A stretch of DNA of 64,000 nt from the human T2T-CHM13v2.0 reference genome, Homo sapiens, in NCBI RefSeq assembly GCF_009914755.1, contig NC_060926.1, one strand, 5' to 3'. How positions within the stretch are numbered: the stretch's first letter is position 1; every line of letters starts with the position of its first letter. Below, in pieces: positions 38,490 through 50,244 of the stretch. The position numbers and the translations under genes were made by a program. A model generated the notes under the pieces. That model did no database searches. It was given only the letters and a program-made list of their open reading frames with translations, and was not told the origin of the DNA.

Positions 38490-39030
38490 CCCTCGCTGAA
38501 CCTTCCCTCTTCCCCCTTTTCTGACTGTCAAAATGTGTTTTATCTTTCAAAGGCTCACTGAAATAGTTCTTTCTCTGAAGGCTTATTCCTTCTTGAGTAC
38601 CTTTTTCTTCGTTGAATCTTCGGGACCTTGTATTTGTAATACAACACATCATGGTCAAACATGTGTCTTGTTATAGCTGTCTGTGTCTGTCAATATTTCC
38701 TTAGTCCTTTGTAGCACCCAGCTTAATTTATGGAACATGGTATTGACCCAGTAAATGTTTGAATTATATTGAATCGACTCCTTGTTGCTGGGAGACAGTG
38801 TAATACAACGGAAAGAGCACAAAGTTTGAAATTGCAATGCCTGTGTTCAGGCATCACCTTCTTCACATCAACTATGTGACCTGACAAAGGTTACCTAACC
38901 TTACTCAGCATCAGCCTTTTTGTATGTAAAATCTAGATAAAAATGTTTAACTCACAGATTGATGGTCTAGTTTAACCAAAATGATACCCGCAGAAAAGTG
39001 TGTTATAAACTGTAAATCTCTGCACAAATC
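38490..39030 (+). mobile_element. L2 3' end followed by a MIR
   Basis: tttatctttcaaaggctcactg...cagtaaatgtttgaat, then cagtgtaa...gaaagagcac...tgtgacctgacaaaggttacctaacct. Confidence 0.65.
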
Positions 39031-40560
39031 ATTGATGTGAAAACCTCTCTGTGACTTTTAGGTTAGGTTTGATTGAGAATATTTATTTTACAGGCTAATA
39101 TAGAACTTTATGCTGTTATTTCTAACTTAACAAGCTGGCTGGCTTCGCTTCCTCAGACATAAACCCCCCGCACACCATATCACAGCTGGATAGAGCTTGC
39201 TTTCTGATTCAGTGCCTTTTTATAGTCCCTTTTCTCACAAGCCAACAAAACAGAACACACTCTTGCTACTGCTAATCAATGCCACATGTAGTACAATGAG
39301 CAATTAAGCCCTGAAAAAGGAAGAGGACATTAATAATAGAACACTTGATTACCGAGAGATTAGAACCTGAAATTGTGTTTGCATTCTCTGTTGGAAGGTA
39401 TAATTTAATTAGCCAACTTGAAAAGGTTTTAAACGTGACAGAAAACTAATATTCTACTTCTGCAATTTCATTGCCCTCTTTCCCTCAGAAAAGAGAGAAA
39501 TAGTTTCCGAATAAAGTTTTTAAATATTCAGATCTGTTGACACGTCTAGGGATGCAGATCTTGGGCCTTATACTTTTAGAAGAGCTCTTGCTATCCCTAG
39601 TTCTTACTTTGCCTCTTTATGATAGCAAAAATCACCCCAGAAGTGTGCCAGTAAGATGCCAACCTTTCTACCAATTGTTCCGTAGGAACATGTCTGGAGA
39701 TCACTTTTCCCTAATTGCCACTGCCTGTCAAGAAACTTAAACATCAGCCAAGTTCTTTCACACAAGAGCTCCTTCCTTGTGATTCTAAGCAGTTCCTGGG
39801 TGCTCACTGTATGCTCAGTGTAAAAACCTTGGGTGGTCTTGGCCTAAAAGTGAAGGGTAGAAACTCAGAAATTCTTTAGAATTTAGAAATTCTTACTAAA
39901 ATGGTGGCAATGGCATAAGTCTCTGTTGACACATAATACACCCATTTCTGAGAAGGGCCACAGGGAATTTACTTGTCAGGGAATGGAGTGCAGAACCGAC
40001 CAACTGGGTTGGAGGGTAAAAACTTCCTGGAAAATTTCACACGTGACAGGAGGTTGGCTTTGGAGTGATTAAAAATGGACGGGAGGCCAAGATCATATTC
40101 TCATAGCTCACAGCAACTTCTAAAGAGACAGGAAAGGAAACTGGACTAGGGTAAGATTCTAAACATTGATAGCTGCTGAATAGAAAAGAGGCTCAACACT
40201 TGGAAGCTTTGGCTGGTGATGAATCTCATTTTAGGGAAAACTGCATATGAGATGAGGAGCAAAGACAACTTTGTCCAGGGCACCCCCCTCGAGGTATTTC
40301 CTTGCCTGAGTGCAAAGACGTCCCATCTCTCAGGAAGCTTACTTGGGAGGGGGGAATGGGAAGGATGAGTTATCAGGAGATCTCAAGCTCACCATGAGGG
40401 CTTATGAAGAAACCCCAGAGGGTTCAATTTAGTTGGCCTTACCTATCTAAATTGATAAGAAAACACCTTTGAGATGATCTAACTATAACCAGAACACTCC
40501 AACAGCCCAACTCTAAGAACGTAAGGAGAATAGACTTGTGAACCAGGGTGGCAGTGGTGG

Positions 40561-40740
40561 CTAGGTTGCCAAAGTACAGAACACCCAGTTAAATTTGGGT
40601 TTCAGATAAATAATACTTTTTCAAATAAGTCCCAAATATTCCATGGGACATATTTATTCTAGAAAAAAAAAGAGTTGTTTACCTGAAATTCAAATTTAAC
40701 AGAATCCTGTATTTTCATTTAGGAAATCAGATCACATTGG
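40561..40740. mobile_element. MER53 palindromic hAT MITE
   Basis: cagttaaatttgggtttcagataaa ... gtcccaaatattccatgggaca ... tttacctgaaattcaaatttaac, self-complementary. Confidence 0.85.
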
Positions 40741-40834
40741 CTGAGGGAATTCTCCTGTCCCAGAAGGTTGAAAACTCTTGTTCTAGGTTCTCCAGTAATA
40801 CCCGAGATAGGTTTCTATGTCCTGTTGTTATTCA

Positions 40835-41085
40835 GATCCTTTGGATTCAGACTGCCTGGTTTTGGAATCCTGGATTCCCCAATACTAGCAGGTAACCTTG
40901 GCAAATTAACTTTTCTGTGCTTCAGTTTCTCCATTTACAGAATGGGGATCATAATAACTAAAACTGTCTCATTCTGTTGTGAAAATTAAATGAATAAATA
41001 TGCATAATGCCCTTTGAACAGTGCTTGGAACATAGTAAGCACTCAGTAAATACTTGTTGAAAAAATGTAATTACTTATTATTATT
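40835..41085 (+). mobile_element. MIR SINE
   Basis: accttggcaaattaacttttctgtgcttcagtttctccatttacagaatgggg...acatagtaagcactcagtaaat. Confidence 0.85.
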
Positions 41086-41779
41086 TCAGTAGTTCAGCAC
41101 TGTTAGGACCATGAGTTATTTTGCTGGGTGGCAACTAAGAACAGTAAGCAAGTAAGAGAACCTTGGCACAGAAGTTCTTTAGTGTTCCTACACTAGGAAA
41201 CTGACTTCCACAACCCCAGTTATGTCAGCCTAGCCTATCAACACAAGAACTTAAAGGAACAAACTAAATCATGGCCTCATGAACAGACGTCATACTCATG
41301 CTGGGAAGGAATCTGGTGTTTCTGTTAAGGCAACAGCCACTTCTGGTGCAGAAGCAACCTTGAACCTGTATGAGATAATGGAAACTGGGAACATAGCTGA
41401 CAGGAGATGGCACTGGGTGGAGAATACGGTTGTCTAGACGTTTGCTTGAATATATCACTTGACAGCCAGTCATAACCATTAAAACTCTTTTTTTCTGTCT
41501 TCTAATTAAATGTATGCAGATGATTCAGTGACTTTTCAGCTCAAGCAGGCACCAGAACTTTCCTTTCTCTCTGTGGTAGGTGAGAGTTTCAACTTGTTTT
41601 CCTTGTGTCTTCTGAGGGGCCTTCACTGCAATCACTCTTAAAGCCTGGCAATGTAGTCTTTCACATTTTATCTATTCTCCTGGTCTGATGTTATTACTGA
41701 AGATAAGTACATATGGTCTTTGTGATTTAAAGAATTTTAAATTTACTCTCAAGAGGAGGCTGAACAACAGAGCCCTGTC

Positions 41780-42030
41780 ACAGCACCATGGTGGAATGAT
41801 TTGAACACTGGAACCAACAGCTGCAATCTGGATCTTTTGTCTGGCCCCATCAACAACCCATGACGTGACATTGGGCTGTCTGTTTAATCAGCCTGGGCCA
41901 CATTTCCCACAAGCGTGAAAGGGGGATAATTATATTCCCTGCTCTGCCTACCACATAGGGTTGTTATAAATGTCTTAAGAAATAATATATGTGAAAGAAT
42001 TGTGTAAACCATTAAAAACACCAAGAAGTT
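41780..42030 (+). mobile_element. MIR SINE
   Basis: Degenerate MIR core, ...cacatagggttgttataaat...atatgtgaaag. Confidence 0.55.
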
Positions 42031-42863
42031 GTTGTTTCTATTGCTATTAACTCTCACAGCCTGTGAGAGACTGAAAACTTGTGTGAGAGACATTGCCATA
42101 TGCTTGTAAAAACTAGATTTGGGGCATTTATTCATTGCAAAAGGAACATTCAAATTAAAATTTTAAATTCAAGAGTAAACCATGCCATGTCTGAATCAAA
42201 TATTTTTATATCTGTGGCCTGAGTGCAATCCAGCCTGTCACCCTTGATAGAATGCTACCTCTGCTAAGTGAGTCTGCGTGACTCATATTCAGGGAGATCT
42301 GAGTTTTATAAAACTATGGAATGTTTCTTAGTACAACTTCCAATCAATCTACGAAGATGATATTTTAGTTTCATGTGGCTAGGATGATATCCCCCAAATG
42401 TCCTCAGCACTCTCAGGATGCTAGAAATACAGCAGAACTAGACAAAAAATTTTAATTGAAAGACAAGGTTTAACTTTTAACTCAATGGTTAGTTTTCCAA
42501 GGTTACAAAACCTTACTGTCCTTCTTCCCCACAGTGCTAGCTTAGCTGACTCTGAAAGAGTTTGTTTCAAGTCTACTCCCCTGCCATGACTATATCTCAG
42601 GGACAGCACTGCTGTCTCCACTCCTCCCTTCTGGGTCTCTTCAACCAACAGCAACCATCAGCTATATGCAGTCTTTTCTGTCTCTTTGAAAACATAGGTA
42701 ATTTACAGAATACTTTTCTTGCTGACAGAATGGGAGGTGACTAAGTTTTCTTTTCCTTTGTCAATTATCTTCTCTTCTTTTTGGATAGTCTTGTATCTCT
42801 TGGAGCAGCACTTTCTCCTCTATCACTTGAAATTTTATCTGGCACTTTTCTCTACTGTAGACA

Positions 42864-43024
42864 TGGAGAGAAAGAGAGAGGAGAGGGGGAAGAGGAAGAG
42901 GAGGAAGAAGAAGAAAAAGAAGGAAGGAAAAAGGGAAGAAAGGAAAAGGACGGAAAGAAGGAAGGAAGGAAGGAAGGGAAGGAGGGAAGGAGGGAAAGGA
43001 CGGAGGGAGGGAGGGAGGGGAAGG
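42864..43024. repeat. GA-rich low-complexity / (GGAA)n-(GGGA)n tract
   Basis: About 160 bp of almost pure purines. Confidence 0.95.
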
Positions 43025-45652
43025 CTTGACTCTAGGCAAATTTTGACATTCTTCTGGGCCCATATTTTAAAGCTATCAGTATAGGTACCTGGCCCATTCT
43101 AGTACTACACGGGCAAAATAATTCTCTGTAATACTTATTGGTTTTACAGGACTGCTGAAATGAAGAAATTTTAAAAGCAATTTGCTTAAAATTACTCTAG
43201 TCATGCAACTACCCCTACACTAAATATATGTCTCCCATGGCTTTATAAAGGAGCCATTTGCCAACATAAGTGACACACTCAGAAGGTAGGTTGCTTTCCC
43301 CTCAGGTGTGTAAGGTGCAGAAGCAGTTATAGATAGGAAGCAAGCCTTTGTGAGTTGGGTTAGCTTGAAGTTTAATTCTGGGCTATGAGCCTAGTCTTGA
43401 TCTAGTTATTGTAATGCAAATGGAATCCTACTACTTTTCCTTATGGGCTGAAAACTCTTGTTGAATCACCTTGGACAGGAATCTGGAATAGAAGCTCAAA
43501 TAATGCAGCCTTCCTATTATTTGCATCTGCTTCTATATACAATTATACCCATTGATTTGTCACCCCAAGGTACTGGGACAGGGGAGTGGGGCTGAGGCAA
43601 TGGAAAGACCCTGTCTGAGTAATCAATAACTTGGTTTGTGCAGGAGCTTTAGGAGACATCATCCAAATAGGGATGTGGGGTCACGAAGTGAAGTTTGAAC
43701 CAGGAAGTGAGCAGAGAAGGCTGAGTCAAAGAATGCTGTATTAAAGTTCATGGGCAAAATCCCTAGATAACATCACAAATTTGAGTTTGTGGAAATCAAA
43801 ATCTCAAGTCATTACACAGATAAATGGAGATTAAAGATTTCAGAGTTTTTGGAGCAAATGACCATGTTCTCCATGTTCCTATTGACAATTGTTCTGCATA
43901 TTGAGTATTTTGAAAAATGATGACTTTCCCACAAGAAGCACATACATCAAAACGAAAAATAAGTTCACACGTGTGTGCACACATAGTCACACATACACAA
44001 ACAATATAAGAAAATAAGCAAATATGGTTCATTATTCCAGGAAAAGAGCTCCTCAGATAGAAGTGTTCCAAAACAAAGCAAAACAAACAAACAACAACAA
44101 ACTCCGAACTTATTTTGAAAGGAGGTGTCTTTATCATAGTCTTTTGTTTTCAGCACCTCATACTCATCTCTTTTTGGTTCATTTTCTTGAGAATTCAGGA
44201 CTAAGTAAAATTCTCACCTAAGCATATTGACTGTTAAGTTTTTTTTTTGTTATTTGTTTGTATCGTAGGTGAGTGGGGAGTGAGATTTCTGACAGGAATA
44301 ATTGGAGATTTATTCTACAATGGATAAAATCTCATTTTGGTTTCTACTAAAGCAGTTCTACTGGCTAATAGCAGGAAGGATATTCTAGCTTTTCACAGAA
44401 CCACTCAAGACAGATATTTGCTAAGCTTAAAGGTTTCTCCTCCTCTTTCCTGTGAAAAAACACAATAATCACCAGTGGCAGATATTATAATACACTATGT
44501 AACTCATGACTCTTGTTTTCTTTTTGGTTTGCCTTTGTTTTACACGTTGTTAAGTCTAATAAATTCCAAAAGAAGCCCACATTTTCCCTTCAGACTATAC
44601 CTATCTTAACTTGTAAGTTATTATCTCTTTGTAAACATCATAGCACTTATCTGTTTCCAGCCATTGAACTAGAATGGAAGAAGGGGTGAGTTAATTGCTA
44701 TCAAGTGCATTATAATCGTAATTTTTTCTACTTGGAATGCACCATTTCCTTACGTCTAATTCTTAATTATTTTTCAGGAACTAACACAATTGGCACATTT
44801 TTAAAATAAAATGTGATTTATTAAGCCTGCATGTGAGGAGCATGCTAAGTGCCAAGATATCAGGCAGAATGTCACAAGATACTGATAAGTCTTCCAAAGA
44901 TTGGAAAATATTGCTCAGAATAAGGTCACAGTGGCAGGCTGATTTCTCTACTGATAATGTCTTTAGTTGACAGGATGGTAAGAGGTGGCTGAAATTGAGA
45001 GGATTGTGAGAGAATGCAGTAGGATAATGTTTGCTCCTAGCTTTTATCAGCTTCGCTCAAGAAGATATTCTTTAGTGCCAAGCCAGAGATGTGCATAGCC
45101 ATCATTCTATGTGCTAGCATTATTGGTGTCTCATCTCTGTATTAATCCAGAGAGAACTGTAACATGCAATGGCAACTTGAAAATCCAATCCAGTACATAT
45201 TTCAATGACATCTTGCCTTTCTATTTATGTTTTTCCACTATGCTTGAAGAAACTCTTCATTAAGGAACTTCACAAAGATTGACTTACAAAAGAAGTTGCC
45301 TTTCAGGCAGTGCCACTTCCATGTCACAATTCACTGTCCACTTTGGTAGAACACTTGCAGTTGCCTCAGTGGGTCAGACACACCTGGACTACTTTCTAAG
45401 GAAGTGACAATTTGTCTTGCTTTGTTCAGAGATAAATAAAACCTCCTTTAAATAGATTCACAAGAAAAAGACAGGGAATTAGTAAAACAGCACTAGGCTT
45501 TTTGGTTTAGTTTTATTAAATTTATTTCTCAGAAGAAGCTAAATTCTAGATGGAAGTCTTGTTATGAATGTCCTTTATTATTATTATTATTCTTATTTTA
45601 ATGAGCTGTTCAGCAACACAGTCAGGATAGATGTTTTCAAAAGTCTGAGCTA

Positions 45653-45800
45653 GCAGGGTATTGTGGCTCATGCCTATAATTCCAGGGAAGGCAGAGGTGG
45701 GAGGATTGCTCGAGGCCAGGAATTTCAGAACAGCTTGGGCAACATAGCAATATGCTGTCTCTAATACAAAAATGAATAAATAAATAACAATTTTTTTAAA
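45653..45800 (+). mobile_element. Alu monomer (FLAM/AluJ left arm)
   Basis: gtggctcatgcctataattcc...gaggtgggaggattgctcgaggccagg...gggcaacatagcaa, then an A-rich tail. Confidence 0.85.
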
Positions 45801-46696
45801 AAAAATTGCTGAGCTGATTGGTTGATTGGTTAGGAATGGGAAACAAAAGTTCACACCCACCAATGTGACTTACATAGAAGGCTCCTCTCCCTGCCAAGGG
45901 TGACCCTCTTTCTTCAGCTCCACCATCTTCTCACAATAGTATTATGGAGTCACAAATCTGCTTTCTCAACTCTCCCTTCTCTGTCTTCTTTCTCACTGAG
46001 GTATGAAGACTAAAAGTTGATCTGTTATTTGTGTTTAAAATCTGCTATCGAGTTCACACAGAAGCAGATAAAGGGGTCTCATTGCTTTTCTGGACCATTC
46101 TACACAGTACCATGCTTCTCAAGATTTGGATGTGACTCATTTCATACCACAATGAAACTCAAACACTCTCAGGAGGCTTGCACCACTGTTGGCAAATGAA
46201 GTCAAGCCCATAAATATGAAAAGTGTCTGAATTTTCTTTTAGGGAAAAGAGTATTGAGTGGGAACCATACTTTCTGAGGCAGAACTTCAGCTCTAGGATT
46301 AATACACTGTCTCATCAGGAGTCAGAGCTCCCCATTTCTCTAAAATGAAGAGGCTGGATTAGATTATTTCAAAGGGCTATTCCAGGCTTAAAAATGATTT
46401 CTAATTGTAATATATTTGGGACAAGTTCACAACTTGGTCATTTCTCTCAAATGGCAGGATCTGACAAATAAGATGCTCACAATAAATATTCATCAGAAGA
46501 ATAGATGTGTGGATGGATAAATGTGTGGATGGATGGATAGATGGATGGCTAAACAAGTTAAGTGCTTATTGTTAGCATTAACTACCTCATTAATAACCTA
46601 TGGCCTATTGGCTTAAAATATCATGCCAGTTTAGAAAATTGTTTTCATTCCTTGTTCTTTGTAAGCTCTTTCAGGGGCTAAAACTTTACAGAGAAC

Positions 46697-47442
46697 TGTG
46701 ATGGTTAATTTTTGGTGTCAACTTGACTAATTTGTAGTGCTCATTTCTTTGGTCAAACACCTGTTGAAAGTATTTTTTTTAGATGTGATTAACATTTAAA
46801 TCAGTAGGCTTTGATGAAAGCAGATCATCCTCCATAATGTGAGTGGCCTTCATCTAATAAATATGAAACAGCCAAGTATAAACGGGTCCCTGGAGAAACT
46901 CCGATCAGCCTGCACACTGGGAGGACAGGGTGGAGCCTTGGAAGTTCACGCCCTTTGCAAGGGGGAGGATCCTGGCCTTTCCTGTTCTGAGGTGGAACCT
47001 GGGATTCAATCGGTTAGGTGAGAAGCCCACTAGCAGGACTCTGGCTTTGCTAAGAGTCCCTGTTTCTCTATTATTTCCTTTTCCCCCAATAAACCCTGTC
47101 CTTCTCACCCTTCAAAGTGCCTGCAAGCCTAGTATTTCATGGTCGTCTGACAAGGACTCCATTTTTAGCTGAACTAAGGAGAAAGTCCTATAACAAATTG
47201 ATGACCTTAAGAGCAAAGTCTGAGGTCCCCCAAGAAGGAAGGAATTCTATCTCCAGACTGCCTTCAGACAGCAACTGCAAAATCAACTCTTCCCTGGGTC
47301 TCCATCCTCTTGACTAACAAAATCTGGACTTAATCAGCCCCCAAAATAATGTAAGCCAGTTTCTTAAAACCACTCTCTCTCCCTTTTTCCCCTACTTCAA
47401 TTTCTATTGGTTCTATCTCTCTTAAAGTCCTTTACTATTACA
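46697..47442 (+). mobile_element. MLT2 (C/D-like) ERV-L solo LTR split by a MER61-like LTR
   Basis: tgtgatggttaattttt..gtgtcaacttgac start and tttctattggttct...tactattaca end. Confidence 0.8.
46864..47195 (+). mobile_element. ERV1 solo LTR (MER61-like)
   Basis: tgaaacagccaagt...ggagaaactccga...cccaataaaccc...gctgaactaaggagaaagtcctataaca. TSD-like aata/aatt. Confidence 0.8.
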
Positions 47443-47536
47443 ATACCTATGTATGTTTTTGACAAGAGAGGCATAGTTGATATGTGTTCTTATTTGGATG
47501 GTCAAAATATCATCTCATTAGCAATAAAGGATATAG

Positions 47537-47760
47537 TATCTCACTTCCTGTAGCATCTTCCTGCTACATCCACTTCCTTTGACATCTCACTCCCTGTAAC
47601 CTCTTGCTGCTACATCTACTTCCTATAGCATCTCACTTCCTATGGTATTTTGCTGCAACATTTACTTCCTGCAGCATGTCACTTCCTGTAGCATGTTGCT
47701 TCTACATCCACTTCCTTAGCATCTCACTTTCTAAAGTATGTTGCTTCTATGTCCATCTTC
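47537..47760. repeat. Degenerate 46-bp minisatellite, about 4.8 copies
   Basis: Units start at 47537, 47583, 47629, 47675 and 47720. Consensus catctcacttcctgtagcatnttgctgctacatccacttcctntag. Confidence 0.9.
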
Positions 47761-49659
47761 TGGCTTACAACGATGTTTGGGTCATTGATCTCAACCTTTT
47801 CCACCTCATTTGTTCTTCCTTGTGAAAAATCAAAGACGACGACAAATGTTTGTTATCAGTAAGAGAAGTCAGAAACAAACTCCCACTTGAAAACCAGTGG
47901 CAATCTGTTCAAGGAAAAATAAGATAGGAAGCCATTGGCATTTATCTCTGTGATCACATATCATTCAGTTCTGCATCTCCAGCATCAAGCAATGTAAGAG
48001 ACATAGAGGGTCCTCAATGAAATTCTCTGGAATTAACGGATGCAATGGCTTCAAGGTTTGCATGAGTTAATCTCTCTTCTTTCATTATTCTCCATTTTTA
48101 ACCTTTCCTTAGGCTTCTCACCAACTTTTCCCTCTGGTCTTTTAAGTGCCAATTGTTTTTTAGTATTTTGAATCTATCTCTTTCTCCACATTTATTTTAC
48201 AAATCCTTGTGGGCTACTCTCATCTACCTAGCATATACAGTTAGATTTTTAAATACTATTTCTACTCCCACTTTCTTTAAGAGCTCCAGAATGTCCTGGG
48301 GACTCCCAGTACCTGAAAGGAGTTAATAACACCCTAGTTCTTTCCTCGTAAGTGTGGGTATCGCTGCGTTAGTGATTATAACATTGTGTCACAGATATTG
48401 TTTTTATCTCTTGCCCATCACTAGTGTACGTTTTTCTGGAAAATAGGAAATGTCAGGATCTAGCGCACAGTAACGTTTATTTAACATAGAGCTGGTTAAC
48501 TGAGCATGTAAGTTTATTGTATTCACATGTTCTGAGCTTTCTTTGGCAAATAAAAGATTTGACGGTTATGTATTCTAGGTGAAAATGGATATATTTAAGG
48601 AACAATATTCACAGAGAGCCATGACAATAACTCCTATTTAAAATGTAAAACTGCACAAAATATAGGCACAATAATAGCTACAAATAAAGGTCACAGGTCA
48701 TGCCAAATTCATGTGTATTGCACCAATATTTTGAGGTGTTTGGATGACTATATTGAGTGATGGCACTATTTTGGATAATTTGTCTGTTATAAAAGAACCA
48801 TTTTGAAGGACATTCCTAGGTTTCTAGGAGTAAATAGCCTTCCTACCACAGAAGTAGACATCTAACACAATGTTAGTTTCTTGTTGAACATTAATTTATT
48901 TCTCACAACAAGCCTTTGGGGTAGATATAATGCCCCTGTTAAATCTAAGTTTCTGTAGTGTTAAATAGCTCACTTGTGGTTTCACAGCTTTTAGATGGTA
49001 GAATTGTGCTCTCCACTGTTTTATGTCTAAGATCAAAGCTTGGGATGGCCTATTCTTCTTGGAAGCCTCATGGAGACCTGGTCAGGACTGCTATCATTCT
49101 AACCAGGCAGTAGCTCCACAGGGAGATGGATTACACATTCATTTTGTTTTTTCTCCTTCACAGCACTGGACACAGTGCCTTGTATTTAGGAAGTACTCAG
49201 TAATCCTATTGCACATTTCCAGGTCTGACAGACCCTGGGCCATCTTCCAAAGTCGCCACCTGTGTGAAACAACTTGTGTAACTTACCTCCTATGATTGCT
49301 CAATTTTGAACTGCACAATCTTTTTTTGACAAAGCCTCTTGTTGTGTTCATTTTTTGTTTAGAACTATATTAATAGACAGATATAGATACAGACTTTGTT
49401 TTCTGTTTACACTGTACTTGGACCACATAAATCTGGACATGGTAGTGCAGAGTAAAGGGTAGGAAATGCATTGCCAGCTGGCAGAACGTGAGACCAGTAT
49501 GTGTCCCCAGTTAAAGAATATTGAGTCAGTCTGTTCTAATTCCTTTACAGAACTGCCAGTCTTCATCAGAGAGCAGACTATCCTGAACCAACTTACTTCG
49601 AATCTGACAGGATTAATAACAACCCACCCACAGGTGTTTCCTCGAATCCTTTTACACTT

Positions 49660-50005
49660 ACTATTCTCTGCCTAGAAATGTCTTCTCTGAGACACTCATG
49701 TGGCTGGTGCTCTCAATTCACTCAGGTCTCTGTTCAAATGGCACCTTATTAGAGAGGCCTTTGTTAGTGACCCTTATAAAATAGACTCCCTAGTCAGTTT
49801 CTAGCCCTTTCTCAGCTTTATATTCGTTCATAGCACCACCTAGCACCTGGCATATTTATTTATTTACTTATTTGTTTATTATCTGGGAACTTTCACTGGA
49901 ATGTAAACTTTCTAAGAGCAGAGAATGTGTTTATTTATATCATTATATCCCCAATGCTTAGAACTGTGCCCCAGTGCCTAGTACTGAGGAGGTGTTCAAT
50001 AATCA
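49660..50005 (+). mobile_element. L2 3' end
   Basis: tctgcctagaaatgtc...caggtctctgttcaaatggcacctt...gaatgtaaact...ccccaatgcttagaactgtgcc. Confidence 0.85.
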
Positions 50006-50017
50006 TTTTTCAAAGTG

Positions 50018-50095
50018 TAAAATAATGAATCATAGCCAGTTATAGCCAGTTATAGGAACCCTAAAATAATGAATCATAGCCAGTTATAGTAACCC
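50018..50095. repeat. 34-bp tandem duplication with a nested 10-bp duplication
   Basis: taaaataatgaatcatagccagttatag[ccagttatag]gaaccc followed by taaaataatgaatcatagccagttatagtaaccc. Confidence 0.92.
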
Positions 50096-50127
50096 TAAAT
50101 GCAAGCATCTGATGATAGGACCCCCAT

Positions 50128-50161
<34 letters not shown>

Positions 50162-50244
50162 CATATACACATACATATACATATACACATGTATATACAT
50201 ATATATATACATATACACATGTATATACATATATATATATGTAT
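50128..50244. repeat. Compound (TG)n/(TA,CA)n microsatellite
   Basis: Directly visible. Confidence 0.95.

Noticed and set aside
42719-43084. Highly charged K/R/E-rich ORFs
   Set aside because: Produced by the GA-rich low-complexity tract.
44661-44685. 25-nt plus-strand microexon (ttccAG...ggg|GTGAGT)
   Set aside because: Not frame-preserving and has no other support; kept only as a possible downstream donor for the motif at 44268.
47537-47760. CRISPR-like repeat-spacer array
   Set aside because: Whole units are homologous with no unique spacers, there are no cas genes, and the DNA is primate.
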